Source of the DNA: an uncultured Gemmatimonadales bacterium
GTDB taxonomy: Bacteria > Gemmatimonadota > Gemmatimonadetes > Longimicrobiales > RSA9
Length of the DNA stretch: 64,000 nucleotides
Assembly: GCA_963741945.1 (NCBI GenBank)
Contig: CAVUKA010000002.1
Coordinates: 111,730 to 175,729, forward strand
Reading direction: 5' to 3'
The notes beneath the pieces were generated by a model that saw nothing but the letters and a program-made list of their open reading frames with translations, did no database searches and was not told where the DNA came from. The translations under genes were made by a program, and so were the position numbers. Shown here piece by piece: positions 57,932 to 64,000 of this stretch (the stretch's first letter is position 1; each line of letters begins with the position of its first letter).

Positions 57932-59221
57932 CTACCCCATCTGCTCGCGTCTGGCGACGAGAGCGTCTCCGATTCGCCGCGCGGCCTCCGCTGGCACCCC
58001 AGTTCGTCGCGCGTATTCAGGCCAACGATCGAGCACCTCCCGAATGCGCCCGAGGATCCTGTGGGGCGCACGGATTCCGAAGTCTCGCGCAAGGGACAGG
58101 AGGTCGGTGCGGGTGATCCCGGTCCGCTTGTCAGCCACTCGCATCTGGTGGCTGGTCGTCCACTGGCCTCCCCGGGCGAACGTGACGTCGTAGGCCGGGG
58201 TCAGGCGCCAGGTGCCGTCCGTGTCCATGTGGAACGACAGGTTCTTCACGTGGTCGTCCTGGTTGACCGCCATGATGTTGAAGGCGGCCCGACCGTAGCC
58301 TTCTAATACCGCGGCCGGTGGCATCCCGAGACGCAGTATCGTACGGAGATACTCCTCGTAGCTGCTGGCCCCCACGTCGTTGTAGTCCACGTGAAGCAGG
58401 CCCCCGAGGGTGTGCTGGTGAAGGGGCGTAGGGCCGGGGCGGTCGAATCGTGGGATCACCAGGTGGGCATGGCCCTCGGCGCTTTCGAGGATTCGGACGT
58501 CGACGACGTCGAGGCCCGCCTCCCGGGCCATCAGGGCGTAGGCCGCTTCCACACGGTTGTACGGCTGAGGCTCCCCCAGGGCGCCCTCGATGGCTGCGTC
58601 GCCAACCCCATCGAATTTCAGGATGGCCTGGATGTCCCCGGCCTGGGGAGGGGCGAACGCCGAGCGGATCTCGCCGCTCTCGGCGTTGTACAGGACCACC
58701 GCTTTCGGCCGCATTCCGCCAGCCGACGATCCGATCCTGTAGATCTCCGGGATCGCCACGTCCGGGTGGCCGGCGAGGATCTTCCGGGCGTCGGCCACCA
58801 GACTGGCGATCTCCAGGGCCTCGGCTTCCGCCCCGCGCCGTGGTACCTCCTCGGGCGGGTGGAACTCCAGGGCGCCAATCGCCCGCGAGCCGATATAGAG
58901 CAGGTGCTGCACAGGCGAGAACGCCCGGTCCTCCCTGCCTCGCGCGGTGTAGCAGGCTCGAATGACCAGCGTCCCGAACGCATCCGGCAGAGCATCGGCC
59001 AGGACTCCGGGCAGACCGCGGAAGGCCTCCTTCCGCCGCAGCTCGGCAAACCGGACGGGACCGGTAAGGCTACGGGGAAGGTGGATTGGGGACATGTCGT
59101 AGCCGGTGCGCCTGAACTCGTCCGCGTACTCGAAGACGATGCTCCCGTCGTCGAGCTCGGCAACCCCCCCGACCGTCTGGTCCCAGAGCCGGACCTCGGC
59201 GAACGCCGTAACGTCAGCCAC
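57932..59221 (-). CDS. hipA: HipA-family Ser/Thr kinase toxin
   Basis: N-terminal HipA-couple-like region (FEYA..F, SPIHLP, LADALPD), SSAGGMRPK, RFDR, NQDDHVKN, LTPAYD. Confidence 0.92.
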   Translation of the reverse strand: MADVTAFAEVRLWDQTVGGVAELDDGSIVFEYADEFRRTGYDMSPIHLPRSLTGPVRFAELRRKEAFRGLPGVLADALPDAFGTLVIRACYTARGREDRAFSPVQHLLYIGSRAIGALEFHPPEEVPRRGAEAEALEIASLVADARKILAGHPDVAIPEIYRIGSSAGGMRPKAVVLYNAESGEIRSAFAPPQAGDIQAILKFDGVGDAAIEGALGEPQPYNRVEAAYALMAREAGLDVVDVRILESAEGHAHLVIPRFDRPGPTPLHQHTLGGLLHVDYNDVGASSYEEYLRTILRLGMPPAAVLEGYGRAAFNIMAVNQDDHVKNLSFHMDTDGTWRLTPAYDVTFARGGQWTTSHQMRVADKRTGITRTDLLSLARDFGIRAPHRILGRIREVLDRWPEYARRTGVPAEAARRIGDALVARREQMG

Positions 59222-59507
59222 GCGTCCGCTCCCGACTGCGGAGGAGCGCCATCGGGCTCACGTCGGGCTCGGGGACGAACTGATCGAGGGCCGAAAGGCG
59301 GCCGTAGATCCGGAGCAGCCGAACGAGAGTCAGCAGGGTCGGATTGTCGCCGTGCTCAGCACGGGAAACCGTCTTTCGCGCCAATCCCGCACGCGCGGCC
59401 GCTTCCGTGATGGTGAGTCCGGATGCTTTGCGCAGCCCGCGCAGCCGACCTCCAATGAGATCCAGAATCTCCGGATCCGGCGTCTCGTTGGGACTTATAT
59501 GGCTCAT
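59214..59507 (-). CDS. XRE/HipB-like HTH antitoxin
   Basis: IGGRLRGLRKASGLTITEAAARAGLARKTVSRAE; 8-nt overlap with hipA. Confidence 0.85.
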   Translation of the reverse strand: MSHISPNETPDPEILDLIGGRLRGLRKASGLTITEAAARAGLARKTVSRAEHGDNPTLLTLVRLLRIYGRLSALDQFVPEPDVSPMALLRSRERTRG

Positions 59508-59620
59508 CCGGCCATCCTAAACGCCAAAAGTTACTTATATGCCACCATCGAAACTACGACGGGTCGCCGGGGCCTGTCAAGGCAGGAAGCACATGGAGTT
59601 AGAGCGACCTTGACGGGATG

Positions 59621-59708
59621 TGCTTTCCGTGGTGCCATCACACGGAGTTGGTACCACGGAAAGCAGCAACTCCATTATCACGGATTCGGCTGAGTGCTAT
59701 CACGGTTT
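59621..59708. repeat. Motif cluster: 17-bp inverted repeat plus three phased TAYCACGGWWW copies
   Basis: TGCTTTCCGTGGTGCCA (59621) / TGGTACCACGGAAAGCA (59649); copies at 59652, 59676, 59698. Confidence 0.7.
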
Positions 59709-59806
59709 CCTGCTTTCCCGCAGGGGCAGAGGTTGTCTATGGCGGAACGCGTCATAGCTTGGTTCGAAGAGCGCTCGGGCTGAGCCAGGCGGAGAGAGAG
59801 GTGTTC

Positions 59807-61372
59807 ATGAAGCGTACACGGAGGATATCCCTTGCCCTGCTCCTTCTTCCCCTGTCGCTCACGGCCCAGGCCGTCCCGGAGACGGGCATGGAGCAGCGGC
59901 GTCATTTCCCGGCAGACGACGACCTGACGCTGATGCTGCGGTACCTGGTGGAAGACGGAGAGGCACCGGGAGCGGTGTTGGGAGTGCGTGATCCGGACGG
60001 CTCGACCCGTGTGGTCCAGTACGGGATAGCCGGCCCGGACGGCCTTCGGCTCGGACCCGACGCGGTCTTCGAGATCGGCTCGATCACGAAGACCTTCACG
60101 GGGACGCTCCTGGCCGACATGGTGCTGAAAGGGGAGGTGTCCCTCGACGATCCCGTGTCGAAGTACCTGCCGGCGGAGGTACAGGTCCCCTCCCGGAACG
60201 GACGGGAGATCACGCTACTGGACCTGGCCACCCACCGCTCGGCCCTGCCGTCCGTCCCCGACGACATGCGGACACCGGGACGGGACGTCGCGGACTGGGA
60301 GTACACGGTGGAGGACGCGTACGCATTCCTCTCCGGATACGAATTGCCGCGCGAACCGGGCGGGAAGCGGGAATACTCCAATTTCGGGTTCGGGCTCCTG
60401 TCCCACGTGCTCTCCCGGGTGGGTGGGGCCAGCTTCCCCCGGCTGGTATCGGAGCGGATCCTCGAACCGCTGGATATGGACCGCACGGGATTCGCCGAGG
60501 GAGACGGGGTGCCGGAGGGAATGGTTACGGGGCACCGGAACGGGGACCCGGTTCGCTATCGTACGCGATGGGAGATCCTGGACGGTGCGGGGGCGCTGTA
60601 CTCGACCGCAGGGAATCTGTTGAAGTACGCGGATGCGTTGATCGGCCCGGCGGAAAGCGACGCGGAACGTGCGGTTCAGTTCGCGGCCGAGATTCAGGGT
60701 TCCGCCGGCGAGGAGGGCGGAGGGCAGGGACTGGGTTGGGGCACGGCCGTCTTCCCCGGAGAGCACCCCCTCGTTGGGCACAGTGGCGGCACGGTTGGTT
60801 TTTCGGCGCGGCTCATGGTCATGCCCGCCACGGGGACGGCGACCGTGCTCCTGCTGAACCAGAACGGTTTCGACGGAGACCTGGCCACCAGCCTTCACTA
60901 CTTCGGCCCCCCACCGGCGGGTTGGGAGACGGTGCAGGTTGCGCGCGAGACCCTGGCCTCCTACGTCGGCGAGTACGAGGCCGCGCAGGGCTCCGGAAGC
61001 TACTACGTCCGCCTTGAGGAGGACGGCTGGCTCACGTACCAGCCGGAGGGAGGGGTGCGGGCACGGTTGTACGCCCGGAGCGACTCTTCCTTCTATATCC
61101 TGCGGGGGCCGTGGAGCTATGTGTTCACCGGGGATGGCCCGGCGGACATGACTTTGCACATGGCGGTGGACGAGCGAGAGCCGACACAGGAGGGGCGCGT
61201 GGAGCGCTCAGCCCGCAAGGTGAGCAGCGAGACGCCGTCGCCACTGGTGGTGGCGGGGAATGCCGGCGGCATGGCCGGTTGGGGCACCGGTACCTGGGCG
61301 CTGATCGGCCTCGCGGGGTTAGTCGGCGTGGCAGTGGTGACGCGTCCGATCTGGAAGAGCCGGCGACGCTGA
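59807..61372 (+). CDS. Serine hydrolase (beta-lactamase/S12 family) with signal peptide and C-terminal TM anchor
   Basis: FEIGSITK (SxxK), LLDLATH, YSN, HSG; hydrophobic tail ending KSRRR. Confidence 0.88.
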   Translation: MKRTRRISLALLLLPLSLTAQAVPETGMEQRRHFPADDDLTLMLRYLVEDGEAPGAVLGVRDPDGSTRVVQYGIAGPDGLRLGPDAVFEIGSITKTFTGTLLADMVLKGEVSLDDPVSKYLPAEVQVPSRNGREITLLDLATHRSALPSVPDDMRTPGRDVADWEYTVEDAYAFLSGYELPREPGGKREYSNFGFGLLSHVLSRVGGASFPRLVSERILEPLDMDRTGFAEGDGVPEGMVTGHRNGDPVRYRTRWEILDGAGALYSTAGNLLKYADALIGPAESDAERAVQFAAEIQGSAGEEGGGQGLGWGTAVFPGEHPLVGHSGGTVGFSARLMVMPATGTATVLLLNQNGFDGDLATSLHYFGPPPAGWETVQVARETLASYVGEYEAAQGSGSYYVRLEEDGWLTYQPEGGVRARLYARSDSSFYILRGPWSYVFTGDGPADMTLHMAVDEREPTQEGRVERSARKVSSETPSPLVVAGNAGGMAGWGTGTWALIGLAGLVGVAVVTRPIWKSRRR

Positions 61373-61394
61373 TCCCAATGGACCAGGGGGGGCA

Positions 61395-61506
61395 CGTCGC
61401 CGAAACCGCGATAGCGCGTCAACTCAAACCGTGATAGGGCGCGTCCCGAAACCGTGATACCGCCTGCAAATCCCCATCCGCTCAGGACTCACGAGAAACC
61501 GTGTAA
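61395..61506 (+). repeat. 23-bp-periodic direct repeats (GTC-N-AAACCGYGATA), transposon-end-like
   Basis: Cores at 61403, 61426, 61449 and a weaker one at 61496. Confidence 0.75.
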
Positions 61507-61683
61507 ACCCACACACAGAAGTTTTGGGGTTGCACGGTCTTTCGTCGAATCTGTTTCGAGGAGACGGCCCTCTTCGCCAGCGCTCCCCGTCCGGACACCA
61601 TCATCAGTGGCCGGGTCGAGCACCCGGGGCCGCTGCATGGGCGGTTCCTGGGGTACCTCGGAGGGCCCGAAGGCCCACTTCGA

Positions 61684-61800
61684 TACTTGCGCCTGGGGAG
61701 CTTGGCGCAAGTCAGTGCCAATAGGCGCAGCGTACTTGCGCAGAGGGACTCTTTCTTGCGGGTAGTCTCGATTCCTGCGCGTACATGCATTATACTTGCG
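61684..61800. promoter_or_regulatory. TACTTGCG repeat array upstream of the Fic gene (candidate operator)
   Basis: Inverted pair 61685-61693/61704-61712 plus direct copies at 61733, 61753, 61772, 61793. Confidence 0.55.
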
Positions 61801-61839
61801 TCTAAAGGCTGTGACCCAGTGAAGGAAGAGGGTCCTCGC

Positions 61840-63216
61840 ATGGCCAGACGCATACCCCAGCAGGAACTGAAAGCCATCCTCGCGGCAGTCGCCCGCCGGG
61901 CCGGTGATGTAACCGCGCGCGACATCGCCGAGGACCTGGCCGATGAGATTCCGTTCCGCACGCTCCAGTACCGGATCAAATCCCTTGTGGATGACGGCCT
62001 GCTCATCAAGGAGGGAGAGGGCCGCTGGGTTACGTACAGCGTGCCATCGGCAGAGGAGCGACCTTCCGAGGGAGAGGGTGAGCCCGCCGTACCCGTGTCC
62101 CCCGCCGGTGCAAAGATACGCGCCTATCTCCAACAGCCGGCCGCAGCCCGGAAACCTGTCGGCTACGACCGTGCTTTTCTCGATTCCTACCGACCGAACG
62201 ACACTTTCTACCTTTCGGAGGCCGAGCGACGGCATCTCGCAGACGTGGGCAAGCTGGAGGCCGTTACACAACCAGCCGGAACGTTCGCCAAGCACATTCT
62301 GAGCCGCCTGATTATCGATCTTTCCTGGAATTCCAGCCGGCTGGAGGGCAACACCTACTCGTTGCTGGACACCCGACGTCTGGTCGCGTTCGGAGAAGAG
62401 GCCGAAGGCCGTGATGCCCTGGAAGCGCAAATGATCCTCAATCACAAGGATGCGATTGCGTTTCTCGTCAGCGAAGCCGAAGAAATCGGCTTTGACCGCT
62501 ATTCGATCCTAAACCTCCACGCGATCCTCGCGAACAACCTCCTGCCGGATCCGACAGCTCCGGGCCGGTTGCGGCACATTCGCGTCGGCATTGAACGCTC
62601 GGTCTTCCATCCGCTCGAAGTGCCGCAGCTGATCAACGAATGTTTCGACCAAATCCTGGCAACCGCCGCCGCCATCGAGAACCCCTTTGAGCAGGCCTTC
62701 TTCGTCATGGCCCAGCTGCCCTATCTCCAACCCTTCGACGACGTGAACAAGCGCGTCTCGCGCCTCGCCGCGAACATCCCCCTCATCAAGGGAAACCTCT
62801 CGCCTCTGTCCTTCACCGACGTGCCGCGTTCCGTTTACACGCAGGCCGTTCTGGGCGTCTATGAGTTGAACAGGATCGAGCTTCTCAAGGATGTCTTCAT
62901 CTGGGCCTACGAACGCTCTGCCGCCCGCTACGTGGCCGTCCGTCAATCGCTCGGCGACCCTGATCCGTTCAGGCTGCAGTACCGCGACGCCCTGCGCACC
63001 CTGGTCGCAGAGATCGTCCGTGCTCCGATGGACGGAAAAGCCGCCGCCTCCTATATCGCATCATGGACTCGAGCTCATATCGAGCCTCCTGACCGCGAGC
63101 GCTTCATGGAAGTTGCCGAGACCGAGCTATTGAGTCTGCACGAGGGAAGTATCGCACGCTACCGACTACGGCCCTCGGAGTTTGCCGCCTGGCAGGAACG
63201 CTGGACGGCCGCATAA
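61840..63216 (+). CDS. Fic-domain protein with N-terminal winged HTH
   Basis: RTLQYRIKSLV..GL....G.GR wHTH; SSRLEGN; ILNHKDA; QPFDDVNKRVSR Fic-like motif. Confidence 0.9.
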   Translation: MARRIPQQELKAILAAVARRAGDVTARDIAEDLADEIPFRTLQYRIKSLVDDGLLIKEGEGRWVTYSVPSAEERPSEGEGEPAVPVSPAGAKIRAYLQQPAAARKPVGYDRAFLDSYRPNDTFYLSEAERRHLADVGKLEAVTQPAGTFAKHILSRLIIDLSWNSSRLEGNTYSLLDTRRLVAFGEEAEGRDALEAQMILNHKDAIAFLVSEAEEIGFDRYSILNLHAILANNLLPDPTAPGRLRHIRVGIERSVFHPLEVPQLINECFDQILATAAAIENPFEQAFFVMAQLPYLQPFDDVNKRVSRLAANIPLIKGNLSPLSFTDVPRSVYTQAVLGVYELNRIELLKDVFIWAYERSAARYVAVRQSLGDPDPFRLQYRDALRTLVAEIVRAPMDGKAAASYIASWTRAHIEPPDRERFMEVAETELLSLHEGSIARYRLRPSEFAAWQERWTAA

Positions 63217-63236
63217 TGAACCGCCCCGGGTTTGCC
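63217..63236 (+). mobile_element. Orphan IS3-family (IS51/IS6110-like) terminal inverted repeat
   Basis: TGAACCGCCCCGGGTTTGCC immediately after the Fic stop; no transposase follows. Confidence 0.55.
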
Positions 63237-63253
63237 CTCAAGGCATTGCGAAA

Positions 63254-63529
63254 ATGTTGATGGCTGAGGACGGAATTCTGAACGAGCAGTTTCACGAGCA
63301 CCTTCCTAATTACATAGGTGAAGCTCGGGAAATCGCACATGAGGTCGTACGCCGTGGCCAGCGCGAAAAGCGGCACTATGTCTATCTCGACACGGCGGGA
63401 AACGATTCGTCGTTTGATATGCCAATGGAGCAGGCCGAAGATCCGGGGGTGATCTTGCTCTTTCGTCGTATGCCTCCAATCAGGGGCAGCAATGTCGTAG
63501 TGATTGATCCACCAAGCCCTCGAACCTAG
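63254..63529 (+). CDS. Hypothetical protein (low-GC)
   Basis: Open frame with plausible composition; no recognised motif; start uncertain. Confidence 0.35.
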   Translation: MLMAEDGILNEQFHEHLPNYIGEAREIAHEVVRRGQREKRHYVYLDTAGNDSSFDMPMEQAEDPGVILLFRRMPPIRGSNVVVIDPPSPRT

Positions 63530-63573
63530 ACACTGCGTTACGGTATCGCCTTAAAGGCGCATAACCGACGCTA

Positions 63574-63593
63574 TGCCACGGAAAGCGGCGACA
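63574..63593 (-). repeat. Single reverse copy of the island motif, ending CGGCGACA on the plus strand
   Basis: TGCCACGGAAAGCGGCGACA resembles TACCACGGAAAGCAGCAACT at 59652; its reverse complement begins TGTCGCCG versus CGTCGCCG at 61395. Confidence 0.5.
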
Positions 63594-63637
63594 GCGCTAA
63601 GCTGACCTTTTCCACACCTGTACAGTTGGAGGCGAAT

Positions 63638-63967
63638 ATGGAGCGGAACGGACTCCGACCTTATGGCGTTCTTCGGGCTTACGTTGAGGGGCTGGGGGGA
63701 ACCATCGTGGAGAGGGGAGGAGGCGAGTGTGGCGGCCGGACGTACTTCATTGGGCTTCGGGGAAAGTGGGCGCGGATCCATGTTCGGAGCGTCCATGAGG
63801 TGAACCCGCTGGATCGGCTTCATGTCCCCCACGGGCCGGATCCGCGAACGACCGAAGACTTCTACCACCAGCTGACGGACACCGTTTTCTGGGACCTCGT
63901 CCGGCTGATCCAGGACGAGGAGTACGCGGTGGAGGGGCCTCCGGCTGAGAGCGAAACGAATAGGTAG
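63638..63967 (+). CDS. Hypothetical protein
   Basis: GGAGG RBS before ATG; ~109 aa; no recognised motif. Confidence 0.5.
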   Translation: MERNGLRPYGVLRAYVEGLGGTIVERGGGECGGRTYFIGLRGKWARIHVRSVHEVNPLDRLHVPHGPDPRTTEDFYHQLTDTVFWDLVRLIQDEEYAVEGPPAESETNR

Positions 63968-64000
63968 AAACTGTGTCATGACCGCACGAATGGGAGAGGA

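Noticed and set aside
61395-61506. Possible CRISPR array or plasmid iterons
   Set aside because: The 23-bp period is too short for repeat plus spacer, and no cas or rep gene is nearby. Kept as transposon-end-like repeats instead.
63551-63979. 142-aa minus-strand ORF
   Set aside because: Overlaps a plus-strand ORF that has a clear GGAGG RBS; no motif support.

Overview
A very GC-rich (roughly 70-75% by eye) bacterial chromosome segment with about 50 genes. Gene families and codon style suggest Gemmatimonadota, but this is inference because no marker gene is present. Most of the window is 'core-like' and rich in exported hydrolases (S9, S8, M28 and M14 peptidases, a VPS10/BNR protein, DUF5916, an SxxK hydrolase), lipoproteins and TPR/BTAD regulators. 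Highlights: (i) a hidden 55-aa dba-like gene translationally coupled to a DsbI-type disulfide oxidoreductase; (ii) an operon of exported cyanophycinase, YfcC transporter and isoaspartyl dipeptidase with no synthetase in the window, which suggests cyanophycin scavenging; (iii) a ~645-bp nearly A-free G-tract array followed by a nested palindromic element; (iv) a frameshifted xdhC; (v) a DUF1634-TauE fusion; (vi) a relic locus with 11-bp-periodic repeats fused to a PxKF-like 3' end; (vii) a lower-GC accessory right end (from ~57.7 kb). In that end, a hipBA module and an HTH-Fic module are each bracketed by convergent copies of one AAACCGYGATA-type motif in 22-24-bp phase, which resembles transposon-end or recombination-site arrays, and an orphan IS3-like terminal repeat is also present. 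No rRNA, tRNA, CRISPR array, transposase or integrase was recognised.
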